DNA of 64,000 nucleotides from Octopus sinensis (GCF_006345805.1 NC_043005.1:69750001-69814000), one strand, 5' to 3'. Shown: positions 26,381 through 39,718, counted from the first letter of the stretch. The notes: a model not told the origin generated them from the sequence alone. Translations and numbers: made by a program.

Positions 26381-26819
26381 ACCACAGGAAATGACGCACA
26401 CAGAGAATTTTAGTGTACGTGTTCTGCACATTTCCATTGGTCAATATTGTTAACAGTATAATTTTGTCTCCTTAATTAACGTTATTTCTGTCACGACCTT
26501 TTCTTCTATCAAAACATATTTGCTATGTTAGCAATTCTGAAATGCTTTTATTGGTTTTCTGTGATGGAATAATATACAAAAAGATGGATGGTTTATAGAT
26601 GGTATTGGCAGTTGTTATGGTGCCGAGGATAGAATTACGTTTTTTCCTTGACCACATGAGATTTGTGATAAAGAAACAGTAACAGAAAACATTGATATTG
26701 ATATTTGCTTTTGCGAAGCTTTTATGATTGTATAAATACATAATAGCAACTGTGAAGAAATTCAGCCATTACAAATATATTACAATACTAATTCGCGTCA
26801 CCCTCTTCTACTACTACCT

Positions 26820-26855
<36 letters not shown>

Positions 26856-26876
26856 TTACTGCTGCTGCTGCTGCTG

Positions 26877-26921
<45 letters not shown>

Positions 26922-26987
26922 ATAATAATAATAATAATAATAATAACGATAACAATAATTACAACAACAACAATAATAAATTTAATA

Positions 26988-27157
26988 AGAAAATTCTTGC
27001 TGAGTCCCACCAGCAAGGCCATGCGTTGTTTAAATTGATATGAGATCATTTTTTCGCACACATACGGCTGTGATGCATGTGCCTGGAATGACGAGTAGTT
27101 ATGATGGGTATACTGGGCTTTGTATATTTTATCCCAGTGTCACATTGATGCCATTCA
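26988..27157 (+). mobile_element. TAA-embedded ORF-less repeat family, 3' third
   Basis: Aligns to 27610-27790 and 50695-50880; triplet microsatellites on both sides. Confidence 0.75.
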
Positions 27158-27250
27158 TCAATGAGGGCGAGTATGATGATGACGATAATAATAATATTAA
27201 TAGTAGTAGTAGTAGTAGTAGTAGTAGTAATGATGATAATAATAATAATA

Positions 27251-27800
27251 AATGCTCTGATGCAGTACCAGACAGTGGCTCTCATGGCTTTTGATCTTAA
27301 CTGATTGGAAGTGTTATCATGTACATTGTTTTGTCTTTGTATAAAAGATGGGCTACAGCAAATATTCTGCTCAGTACCAGAGATTGGCTTGTCAGTTGTT
27401 TGCTTGTCAGTTGAGCATGTCCCTTAGTGGGTGATAATATGTGCATCTCTGACCACGAGCAGAAGTAGTGGGGGAGCATCATAGCCGTGTGTTGAAAGGA
27501 ATTCTTGGAGGTTTGGATAATTCACTTTGGAAACATGGTGGTGGGGGGTTCGTTCAAAACCCTTAAACAATCCTTATTCAGGATTGATGGGTCACTCGAC
27601 CAGAAGAAAATTTTAACTGGGTCCCACCTCCTAGGTCATGCGCTGTTTATCTTGATATGAGATCACCATGTTGCGCACATATAGTTGTGATGCATGTGCC
27701 TGGTGTACCCTTATCAGACAGGTAGTCATGGCGTGTATACTGGGCTTCGTATATTTTACCCTAGTGTCACTTTGATGGCATGCACTGATCACTCACTCAA
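27251..27800 (+). mobile_element. TAA-embedded ORF-less repeat family, full copy (~550 bp)
   Basis: Aligns end to end with 50327-50890. It starts directly after (AAT)n and ends in (CAA)n/(TAA)n. Confidence 0.85.
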
Positions 27801-27834
27801 CAACAACAACAACAAATATAATAGTAATAATAAT

Positions 27835-28430
27835 CCCAGGTGGGAAAACTTGAGTTAGAACAATTCAAGAGAAATTGCTGTTAACACTGAACGTTTCAAG
27901 GAGAATAATTGCAGAAAAAATGTATTTGTTCATGAACCATAGTAACATTTTACCGGAAAGGTAAACAGTGTATAAGCGTGAACGTAGACGTACGAAAGAT
28001 CAACTGTTGATTGCTAAGAAATTCCCGAAGTATTGTAAAACACTCAAAACCAACTTATGGATGCTACGGATTGATTACCGTAAAGCGTATGCTACGGTTA
28101 CTTCTAGGCGGATTCTGTATCGCTTGAAAATATTTCGTGTAGCAGAACATATCGTGAATACAGAGACCCGAAGTATGAAAGGATGGATCAGTGAAGTTAT
28201 ATCGGGTAAGCTAAGTTTAGGCTTTGCCAACTTACACGGAATCTTCCAAGGAATAATGTTTACAACATAGCTTGTTGTATTGTGTATAATGATGTTGATT
28301 TTGATTTTATGAAAAACGAAAACCAAATAGAGCTAAATGAAAGGATATATACGGTTAATCATCTGTTTATGATCGGCAGGAAATTGTATATGAAAGATGA
28401 AAATCAGCTGAATTCGCTGACAATACAGGT
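27835..28430 (+). mobile_element. R4/Dong-type LINE, heavily decayed RT fragment
   Basis: TKDQLLIAK..TNLWMLRIDYRKAY, GIFQG and VNHLFM motifs, preceded by taataataat. Confidence 0.7.
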
Positions 28431-28729
28431 TCTGTTCCACTCAAACAGGGTTGTTGACAGGTACATCTTAAGTAAAAGAAAAATGTTTGTGGATTGATAA
28501 AATGTGAATTGATAAAATGTATTCGCTCAAAGGGAAACAATGTTGCTTAACTAATCTTTCATTAACAATTTAGGCTTGGCTTCAACTGATTGACATATTT
28601 CAGTAACAGAAACCTGTTACTTTACACCAACAAGAGTTTTATTGATTAAAGAAACTTCCACTTCTTTACAAGCCTGAAGATTGAAAAGAAAAGTCTGGGT
28701 GGAAAGTCGCCTCAGCAGCGAATGCTCAA

Positions 28730-28955
28730 CGTAGGATTGGTGTTTATAAAAGCCCAGTAGTCGCCCATGCATACAAACCTCCCCTCTCCACGCAACCGAT
28801 GTTATCCAAAGAATTGTCAATGGCCGATACAGTTTTACGCTAGTGACGTCGCAACTCATTTCTACAGCTGAGTGAACTGGAGCAACGTGAAATAAAGTGT
28901 CTCGCTCAAGAACACAATACGCAGCCCGATCCGGAAATCGAACTCACAAGCTTAC
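28730..28955 (-). mobile_element. tRNA-derived SINE family D
   Basis: Minus strand has gagttcgatttcc followed by tgtgttcttgagcgagacactttatttcacgttgctccagttcactcagctg, related to 55625-55800. Confidence 0.7.
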
Positions 28956-28989
28956 GATAAAATGATTTACAAGGTGTACAAGTCAAAAG

Positions 28990-29700
28990 AAAAAGTAATC
29001 ATTTAAATCTATCGGTGACATGCTGTGAATATATAACATTGTTTCCTTCATTTCTTTAAGGATGTTGATCCACAGTGTGTGACAAATGCGGACACTGATA
29101 AGTGAGTGATGGGATAATCTCTTGCGTAAAAGTGCGAGGCGACAGGGTCGTCGGACATGCTTAGTAGTTCTCATGGAATATGCTCCCTAAAATGATGGGC
29201 ATGCAGAAGAACTGTGTCCTCAAGTTAAAAGGGCTTTCCAATGCTTGCACATCATGAAATGTATATGGTCAGGCGATTGTCAACTGAAGTTTTGAGTAAT
29301 ATGATGTTGTGACTGAAGCACTGCGACTACTGTTGCAATCTTAAATGCAGGGAAATCTAGACAAGATGGGGACCACCTTTCTACTGTTCACGCGACCATC
29401 TTTCTACCGTCTTTACGCATATCTAGAGCCCATACTTCATTCACTTTCAACTTTCAGCCGTCTCTCCTTCCATTGATAGATAAACTCATCCGAAACTCAC
29501 GTATCCTACTTACTGATCTCCACAACTGTCCATCTCTTTCTCACGCCACATATCCACGTCTTTAAAAAGTCAACAATCTCGGAAATATCTTTATCAGAAT
29601 CCCCACAGCACCCAGCCGCACACAGCCTGACAGTTTTGTGATCACCGATGATACAACACCTGCCCCTACATTAACAGTATTACAATCTGAATCTGAAATC
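28990..29700 (-). mobile_element. Penelope-like element, decayed GIY-YIG endonuclease region
   Basis: Frameshifted minus-strand motifs ITQNFS*QS.DHIHFMMCKHW, FREHI, DDPVASHF and a terminal SPIDLN resembling the P.GLN motif. Confidence 0.5.
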
Positions 29701-32183
29701 ACACACAACGCAATCACACGAATGCACTGGTCTATTTCTGTTGTACTTTGAAATTAATTAATATTTTGACTTTATTAAATAAACCCTATACAGTTCTATG
29801 TAACTTTATCGCCATTTACCCTTTATTACAAATGAATCATATTTCTTAATATACTAAGCCTCCTTCTTATTCTAGTAATGAACATATAAATGTTATAAAT
29901 TTACGTAAATGCGTTGTGCCTTCCGTAGCAAGTCTATTTATTCTGATTTTTGGTTATGAAACCGTGCTTCAGGTCGAAGCCCTAGACACTAATGACATGA
30001 AACGAATGACAACCTTCTTGTCGGAGATATTCATGTTGATTATTGGATGGAAAATATAATTTTGCAATTGAAATTGGCCGCCCTTCGGAGCGCGAAGAAA
30101 GATCATAGAAATTAGTGCTAGACGTAATGTTGGCGGAGGGGAGATGAATGAATGCTAATTAGTCATAAAAACTCTCATACAGAAATGTAATAACAATAGC
30201 TTTGATATTACCGCACAGCTTTGTTCCTTAGCTAGGCGAATAAATGGTCATAATTAAATTTGTAATAATAGCTCACGTTATACATGTATAAGTTATTAAT
30301 TTCAGTATCTCCGTAAAGATATTTCTTTTCATTTAAGCTTCCGTCATCAAAAGCAACTATTACTATTGCTAAAATTATCAGTTGTAAATTCCCTCTAAAT
30401 TCGTTAGCTGCCAACATGCATGCAGTAACCAGCAGTCGTTTTATTAACTGAAGCCTTAATTTAAAGCCTCCAATAATTCAATGAGAGTTTCATATGCATT
30501 TCATTTTAAATTCATTCTTAGCCCCTATTTCTCATACTCATTGCATTGGCATACGGACAGAAACGCTTCCTCAGCATGCGTTCAGTGTTTAAGATGATAT
30601 CAGTGAAGTAGAGTAACAACTAAATTAATAGACGAAAATTCTGCAATTATGAACAGCCATATATCACTTATATCACGCCCTGCCGTTAATAAAATAGAAG
30701 AGGCTCGTTGCAAACTGGTGGCATTTGTATTCAAGCTGACACATAAATCGTCAACAACTACAGTGATTCTTAAAGTACAATTAAAATAAATTTTGCCTTA
30801 AAACCACAGCACTGAAGCCATTATCATTTGCATATCACAGAGAATTTGTCCACTTATTGTCCAATGAATAGAGAATCTTTTTTTTTTTTTTTTTGAGGTC
30901 ACCTATTTCAAGAGATTGAACCCTTTTCTAAATTATTATTTTTTTACATCACTTTTCAGATATCAGGTTGACTCAGAAACTGAAAACCACGATTTAATCG
31001 TTCCCTTAAATGTGCAGCATCGTGATACACAGATAGCTCGCTTCTTGAAAGTTCGATCTTTCGTTGTCAAAGTCTGAAACGCTGGAAGCTGCTATCAGCA
31101 TTCGAGAGCGAGAGAGGTCAATCAACATTCCCATAAAGCCATAAAAAAGTTCGTCACAATTAGCATCAAGTCTAGCATTGATAAAGATAATCTAATTCGA
31201 ATACGCCAACGCTTGTGACACAATATGTGGTTGATGCTAACGATGGATTCATTGACTAGGTGTCATAAATTTTTTCTCAAATTTATTCGTACCAATTTGT
31301 TTTCAAAAACAGCTTTTTTTCTGGTTACCTATACATAGTTGTCTTAATTTATAGACGTGACTTCAAAAATATTGAGATACCCCGAATATAACGCATCAGA
31401 CTGATGTTTTAAACATTGACTTTTCTTTAGCTACACATGGTAGCAAAATGTTTCAAACAAGCTTCACAGGAACAACTAAAACTGCATAAAAAATATGCAA
31501 CTACACTTTCATCTATATCAAAATATCGAATATATTTTACTAAAATGGTAATACAAACACAATTACAATTAATATATGAATATGAAGAGCATTGGCAACA
31601 GAAAGATAAAAACAAATCTTCCTCCATGGTGTGATAAAGTGGAAGCTGAAAACGGCGGACTCTGGAAGATGGCGCAACGATATAACAGAGGATAGCAACA
31701 AAATATGAACATTTATACGAATAAATCAATGTGTAATGTATTGGAACTGAGTATATAGCACAAACTGCTATCGCAAATCTATGCATGATATGCTTGGAAT
31801 ACATTTCTATATATCAATAATATACTATAAAACCAAGCTAGATATATCACCTATATGCAAAGACATCAATATATATTAAAGATAAAATTCAACTCAATAT
31901 ACCAGTAATATAAATCTACATATCTGTTTATGAACTAAGTATCAAATGAAAGTAGTCCTCCATCAGAACACTGTAGACTCATCTCGTATTTTATATGAAG
32001 TATTTTCTTTTATCTTTCTGTATACAGACAGTATTCTACTGCATTGTTGTGTATTAACTACGTAGAATCGCATCGTATTAATATCAATTACAGGCTACCA
32101 CGTAACTCTGTACAAACATGTAATACTACATCTCTGTATATCAAGAATATGCCCACACATCACTGTTTCTCTCTCTATATATA

Positions 32184-32214
32184 TATACCAGGTAAGATCT
32201 GAATTACGTTCATT

Positions 32215-32272
<58 letters not shown>

Positions 32273-32303
32273 GATGGACGTAATTCAGATCTTACCTGGT
32301 ATA
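32184..32303. repeat. Near-perfect palindrome centred on (TA)n
   Basis: tataccaggtaagatctgaattacgttcattgactata / tatagtcgatggacgtaattcagatcttacctggtata, differing at two positions. Confidence 0.95.
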
Positions 32304-32569
32304 CACCTGGGTCGGTTTGTCACTTAGATATTTTATTTATTTCTGCAAATATCTAGCAAATGTAAATAAAGATGGACTTGTATTTGATTGAAAAAAATAT
32401 CGTTCTGCTAAACGCAAAAGTTTACAATAACTCAACGTGTACGTAGTGGGTCACCAGTAGATTCAGATACTTACGACCTTAAGCAATGCAAGATGTTTAT
32501 GTCACCACATGTTTATACAGTAATTGATCTGTCTGTCTATCTGTCTATCTGTCTATCTATCTATCTTTT

Positions 32570-33070
32570 AAAAAAGATGGGTGAATGTAGCAAGGATGGC
32601 ACGTATGAATGACGAAGCCACCTTGAGCATAATCCTATGAACCCAGAAATTGAAAACAGAGGGTTACCCACTTGCAAACAAATGTGGTAACAATATTGAC
32701 CAAGGTTACCGTGGTCTTTTTCGTAGGCTTTTCTTCCCACGGATAAACCTTACTTGCTTTCCCCTTTACACCATATATCATAACACTGTGATACACGATC
32801 CCTATTGATCGTTTTTTTTTCCTCTTCCCCTTTTTTCCCTTTTTTTCTTCTTTTTTCATTTCTCTTTTCTTTTGTTCCTTTTCCTTTTCTTTTTTTATTT
32901 TTATTTTTGTTCTTTTCTTCCCTTTTACGATCCTTCTTGATCGAAAACCTACGCCACCCCCTTTTTTTGTTTCTTTTGTTTTTTGTTTTTTTCATCCCCC
33001 AAAAGAAAAGCTCTACCTTGTAACTTGTCCCATCTGTGTGCAGCCCTGTGTGGCCAATAAAGAAACTTAT
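32570..33070 (+). mobile_element. Possible L1/Tx1-type LINE 3' end inserted in (TATC)n
   Basis: Short terminal frame KRWVNVARMARMNDEATLSIIL*, a T-rich 3' UTR, aataaa at the end, and (TATC)n on both flanks. The clade call is tentative. Confidence 0.4.
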
Positions 33071-33390
33071 CTATCTATTTATCTATCTATCTCTCAGTCT
33101 GTATGTCTACCTACAATGTGTGTGTATATATATATATTCAATGTATATATATATGTTTGCTGTTTTTAGTAGTAAAACAGAAAGTCTGTGAAACAGAATG
33201 CAGGTTCCCAAACTGATGCAAGCATTTTTGAAAATGTTTTTAAAAACTAAAGAATTTGATGTATATATTTGCACATCATATGAGACATACTAAGAAAATG
33301 ATAGTAATTATAAGTTATAACATACTGGAGTAACAAGAAACATGCTGTATGAGCATTTTTACGACAAAATAAAAGTAATCATGTGCATAA

Positions 33391-34154
33391 TATTAAGTCA
33401 TCCCATAAATAACGCAGGCTTTTTTTATAATTCTCTTATTTTTCCAAATTAAAATAGACAAAATTCTTTACTTATGTAAAATATACTCCCCTTGTCTACA
33501 GAATTCGTATTATTTTACGTCGAAATGATTTTGAAGACTGTAGAAGAAATGATAATCAGATGGGGCAATGTTCAGCGAATATAATGGATGGGGCATAATT
33601 TCCCATTCAAACTGCTTAGAGCCTTTGGAATGCTATCTTCGCGGTATGTGGCTGAGCATTATCCTGATGGAAGAACACAGTTCATCTTGAAACCAAAGTT
33701 GGTCATTTTTCTTTTAGTGCTGATGTCGACAAATAGTTGAATAACCAACTCCAAGATTTTCTGTTAGTTCCTCAACAGTTACGATGGTATATTTTCCACG
33801 GGGTTTGCAGGACGTCCTTATCGAACTCTACAGATCTTCCGGGACGCTTACGCTTAATGCCAGGTTCCAATATACTGCATTAATATTCTTCACACTTTCC
33901 GTTGTGTTGTTGCCATAATTGAACTCAGAAAGCAAAATATGCCGAATAAGATCATTTGTCTATTCCATTATAACTTTCAAAATATAACTGTTAAAATCAA
34001 ACTGCAATCTTTAAAACTTGTACGAAGGTTATGCATAAGGTAAATTACTGCATGATTTTATAGCAAGTTAGCGAAGGTAGTTTATCCCGTCCCCCTACGA
34101 CTTCTAATTAATGCAATAAAAAAAAAACTGCATTATTTATGAGACGACCCAATA
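33391..34154 (-). mobile_element. Mariner, internally deleted copy of the 10251-11297 family
   Basis: TIRs tattaagtcatcccataaataacgcag / ctgcattatttatgagacgacccaata. The body aligns with 10251-11297, including the HDN and YSP-SDYH regions. Confidence 0.88.
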
Positions 34155-34759
34155 TTTGCATAAGCGATGACAGATTATTTGTAACCTTTCTAATTATGGA
34201 GGAGGTGTTAGTCCATTACATCGAGCGCAGTGTGTTAACTGGTATTTATTTCATACACCCCGAAAAGATGAGAGATAATTCATATCAAAATTATATTCCA
34301 CAATTTTGTAAGCTATGCATGCAACTCCCATTTCGACTGAGCCTTAAGAAATTGTTTACTGAATTTAATTTCCTATAGATATTCTTGGGATTAGCATTAA
34401 TAGAAGCATTTCAATATCTTTGTTCCGAAATTGTGTTCCAGACAAGCAAACATTTGTTTTTAATACATTTTCTGTCGCTCTCCTTTCTCATATTCAATGT
34501 TTCCTTCATCAGTTGTGATATCTCATCTTTGCTTTTAAATTTAACTTGCTTGTAAATTAATCGGCTGCATCTTCAATTTGTTCAAGCTGATCTAATGCAA
34601 CATTTCTAATTTGTAGCTGTTTAAAATTATACTGTCGGAACACTTAATGAGACTTTTAATCAGTGATACGGACTGATTTGATTTGGGAAATATTAAGTGC
34701 TATAAGAGTTTTTCTTTTCTTTTCCATTTTTAATTATTTCAATATTGAAGACTGAAAAT

Positions 34760-34940
34760 AAGGCGGCGTGCTGGCAGAATATTTACATCACCGGAAAAAA
34801 TGGTTAACGGAATATTTTTTTTTACTTCACGTCCAGATGATTCAGGGTCAACTTTGCCTTTCATCCTTTCCAAGTTGATAAAAAAATACTAGTTGAGTAC
34901 ACGGGTCCATGTAATAGACTTACTCCTCTCCTGATACTGC
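34760..34940 (+). mobile_element. Degenerate SINE family B
   Basis: aaggcggcgtgctggcagaat...caactttgcctttcatcctttcc. Confidence 0.6.
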
Positions 34941-35289
34941 AAGACAAAATTTGCACCTAATATTATGACAAAAAGTCGCTGATAATTTCTAGTGCTCACT
35001 CTAGCTACCTGTTTTGTAATTTTTTTAAATTTTATGTGGATTTGGAGAGATATTTCCTAAAATTTATAATATATTTAGAACTGTATATTTTAATATTACT
35101 ACGAAAAATATTAAGTTTGATATTAAAAGACTTTATGACTTACAACATACCGTGAAGTGCTTCTCATATGTCTGGGAAATGGGTTCAAAACAATTTATAT
35201 CTTTAGAAGCATTCATCTAAAATTCATTGAAAATTTCCAAATTATTCTCAAGAACGTAATACAGACAAATTCTTTTGTCTTTTATCTTT

Positions 35290-35520
35290 TAACTTTTACT
35301 TGGTTCAGTCATTGGAATGTGGCCATACTGGCGCACCATCTTGGAGAACTTATGTCGGATCAATCGACAGCAGTACATAATTTTTGTTGAGCCTGATACA
35401 TATTCTATCGGACTTTCGTGCAGAACCCTTAAGTTACGGTGATATATGCGCACCAACACCGGATGTCAAGCGGTGTTGGTGGGACAAACACAGACACATG
35501 CACCAACACAAAGACATACA
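35290..35520 (-). mobile_element. SINE family A, 3' half
   Basis: Aligns with 20705-20920. Confidence 0.7.
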
Positions 35521-35546
35521 CACGCGCGCACACACACCTATTTATA

Positions 35547-36075
35547 TGTATATAAAAATTGATATAATCACTCGTGCGCTATGTGGTATCATAAAGGAAA
35601 AAATATTATTGTCACTAAACGAGACTAAGATTGTCAAGACACACACATTGCTAGAAATAAGAGCTAAAATGATTTATTGTTACACGAAAAACACATAAAT
35701 GTATACATATATGTTCAGAGGCGACTGCAATCATCCACAATACCGACTCGAGAATTCCTTACATTCAACGTTCAGTTTGGCTATTTCAGTAGCTTCTTTA
35801 GTAAGGACCGCTCGTTCGAGAGATTGCGAATCAATCCTTTGTCAACATATATGTATTTACCATGTATAATTATAGATGATTTAGCAGATCGTTAATGGGT
35901 ATAGGAAAGTTAATATAAACAGCCTTGCACCAAGTGATACCATAAAGGAGAGAGCGTTTTAGCACTTATTTCTAGCAATGTATGTCTTTAGACCCTTAGT
36001 CGCATTCATTGACAATTATATCTTCCCTTTATTCTATCATATTGCGCACGGCTGTTTATATTAAATTTTGTATGA
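35547..36075. mobile_element. MITE-like inverted-repeat structure with three arms
   Basis: 35547-35669 is the inverted copy of 35955-36075 (cattgctagaaataagagctaaaa / ttttagcacttatttctagcaatg). A third short arm lies at 35905-35948. Confidence 0.6.
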
Positions 36076-37211
36076 GCGAACCGCAAATCATCCATGTGTG
36101 TGTCTTTGTGCGTATGTGTATATCCGAGATAGTATGATTGTGAGCAGAAGATGATAATAATCAATGAGATTCCAACCTAGTCTGATTTTCACATTTTATT
36201 CTTTACAATTTTTACAATATTACAATCTCCTAACATAATAATGAGCGTAAATTTTTCATATATTTGGAGAGGAAATAGTAATTCATTGAAGGAGAAATAG
36301 TGAGAGTACTAGCCATGTCTGAAAGGAAGTAAGGGAAGATAACACCAATGCGTTGTATATGTATAAATATTACAGCAGTTATTTCGTATCTGAGATTCAT
36401 AAAACATCTATATAATATATCATATCTGAAATACTTGTTTTTCCATATATAGCGGCCAATGGAATTTTGAAGAGAACCCGAGGCCAGGCTCAAGAAATGT
36501 TATATACAAAAGTCCAAAAACGCTAAGTGTAATAAGGCCATTATTAAAATAGGATTTCAAAGTACACTACTTCGATGTTTGCAGAACACAATAAATGTTA
36601 CTAGTTTTCTCTACTTGACTTAAATCAATAAGTGATCGTTATGATATGCTTGTTTTCTTTTAAAAATTGTTTCCAAGTACTGCCGCCTTTTGACTGTAGC
36701 ACTTTCAATGGAAGCCTTTGTTCGGTTATTATCCCACTTAATGCATTCTTAACTTTCCTGTTAATATATTGCTTCGTAGTATACGGGTTTCTTTTTGCTC
36801 GTTGATTTAAGGAATTAGCGTTTATTGTTTTGACACAATTTATTAGAGGACATATTCCTTCAACTAATTCAAACAAGTTTCTGAGAAATGAGGCATTATA
36901 TTTAAATTAGTTGTCAAATTGGATTACGAATCATATTTTACATTATAATGTCGAGTTCTATGTCTTAATTTGTGCCATTAACCGGAATTTTAGTGGTGAG
37001 TCAAGTATACTGTTTACTGTTAAGAAGCAGCTTCACATTGATTAGCAACATCGCTCAGAATACGTTCTGAAGCACGATGAATGATAAATGAAGCATGTGT
37101 ACAATCATAGTCTTAAAAAAATGCTGAGACCACACATTAGTTTTATATATTTAATTTAATAATATTTCCCACTTTAATGAAAGGAATAGAAATGCAAAAC
37201 TCCATTATACA

Positions 37212-37286
<75 letters not shown>

Positions 37287-37399
37287 GTTGTGGGTGTTGG
37301 TGTTTGTGTGTATCTATTTCGCTAGTTCATCGATCGGCTACTGTTCTATATTGTCTACAACACTTGCGCTTGCGCTTCTAATTCATATCATATTTGAGC

Positions 37400-37437
<38 letters not shown>

Positions 37438-39049
37438 ATGTGTGTGTGTGTGTGTGTATGTGTGTGTGTGTTTGTGTGTGTGTATTCACAAAAATTGCAG
37501 TACAACACTCGATATACCTTAGGATGTTGGTTTACAGTATGTTGACATTTTTCCTCGTCAATTGAGAAATACCAACAAGAAATGTAACCACATCAACCAC
37601 ATCTTGTGTTTGAGAAAATATTTCTATTTCATTTCTGTATTACATACGCATTTCTCAGAATATTTGCGGTGTTATATTAGCTAAACTTTAGCCATACATA
37701 TTTCTCAGTGCTACTTTGCATTCATCTATAGTTCATACTTTGTGTTTTAAATTTAGCAAGACCTTTCATATCTTCACTCAGTTTATTATAAAGATATATA
37801 ACAAAGTTATATAAGAACACAAGTGACCACTCGTATACAAGTTTCAAAGCATGACGAACACAAACGGCAGGGTTGCAGGTTATTAGGTGTTCGAATAAGT
37901 ATAATATATTCAAACGTAGGAACAAATTCAAAGTGCATGCCACTTTCGTCATGCTAACAGAGGCTTCTTCAGAAGATACCGGACATGATTCCATCTGGAA
38001 TAACACAATACCGTAAAAAAAAACTAGGCTTAAATATACAACTTATTATCGCCGTGAGATGGCGGATAGTACTTGGTCATATGCAACACCTCCTCAAACA
38101 AAGCGATGTGAACCTTTCTGGGGTAAAGTCACATTAAAGGGCATACAAATTGGAGCAGGCACGTCTTGGTCTAGAAAATACTTGCGGAGGAGACCCAAAA
38201 AGATAAGAGCCTAGAAACAATTGCGTGACAGTGTTTGCAAGCATTTGGGAATGACTAATACCAAATGGAATGCAGGAAGACAAGCACCTATATACACATA
38301 CACACTTATACACACACAGAAACACTCTCTCACACACACACATCTAAACACACACACATACATACATTCAGATATCAGAATCTGAGTTATGCCAGAAAAA
38401 TTATAGACTGTAGACATCATTATTTCATTGCTTGTGTAATGATTATATTTTAAACATTCATATTTCAAAAAACTGAATTGGCTTGATGAACTAATTCACA
38501 CCGAAGTATTATCCAGATTTATATTAAAACGTAAATTGTTTTAATAGAACGTGTCATTATTCTTTTGTTTCTCATATATACTTCAAAACATAGATAGAGA
38601 AATGAGATAAGATAATTAAAGACACAATCATATCAAAGTCTTTGCTACATAATCATGTTCCTCCTCACCTTGATTATTTCCACATCTCCCTCTCGTTCTC
38701 ACACAGGTTTTATGGCTTCGCATTCTTCGTCTACTGATTATTTCAACTAATATACATTCACTGTTTTATTTCATATCTCTCAGTTGCCCTCTCTTCATCT
38801 CAGCTGATGTTCCTTCCCCAGCCTTTACACTGGTGTTTTTTGTTTTTGCTTTTGTTTTCACGTTCAGAATATATAATTATACGAATACCATGACCCATTA
38901 TATATCGATAATGAGTGTGCGTATTAGAGAAAGACAGGGAAGGAAGTGGCGAGAAGTTATTTAGAATTGATATATTTAGGCATAAAGATTTCACATCGTA
39001 AATTCTTTTCAATATGTATATACATACCCACACACAAGTACATAGAAGC

Positions 39050-39232
39050 ACATATACATACATACATACATACAAACATACATGCATGCATGCATGCATA
39101 CATACATACATACATACATACATACATACATACATACATACATACATACATACATACATACATGCATACATACATACATACATACATACATACATACATA
39201 CATACATACATACATACATACATACATACATA
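39050..39232. repeat. (CATA)n microsatellite
   Basis: Direct reading; explains the MYVC/HTYI ORFs. Confidence 0.95.
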
Positions 39233-39379
39233 CGGAATCTCCAGCCGGGTGTGGGAAAAAGAAATGTCGAGAAAAACTTAAAATAGTTAGCATTAACCAC
39301 TTTGGCATATACGCAATATATAGGCACGAGAAAAACGCCCCCGTCCAATGTTCGATGCTGAGTTTTCAAACATTAAATC

Positions 39380-39439
39380 CAATGTTTCTCAACACAACTT
39401 GTACGACTGTCCCATAGGCCTCCCCTTTGAGAAACACTG
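39380..39439. mobile_element. 60-bp hAT (Charlie-like) miniature remnant
   Basis: TIRs caatgtttctcaa / ttgagaaacactg; 8-bp flanks attaaatc / atttaacc match at 6 of 8 positions. Confidence 0.6.
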
Positions 39440-39499
39440 ATTTAACCTAAATTTAAGACACCAGCAAAAGAAGAAATAAAGATAGATTTTTTTTTATCT

Positions 39500-39658
39500 A
39501 TTCCAAAGAAAAACGATTTCCCACGGTTCTATCGATCGCATTCTCCCCTGGAATCGACTTTGGTAATTTTTTCAAGACTTATACACGCCCTGATACCGTC
39601 GGTATCTACATATCAAATTTGATCGCAATTGAATGGTGGATGCCCGAGTTCCTACAAG

Positions 39659-39700
<42 letters not shown>

Positions 39701-39718
39701 CTGATTTTATATAAGAGA
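39500..39718 (-). mobile_element. Probable non-autonomous Helitron 5' end with internal (CA)n
   Basis: Ends ...ttttatataagagat (A|TC on the minus strand) with the same layout as 62150-62290. No CTAG end was found. Confidence 0.4.
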
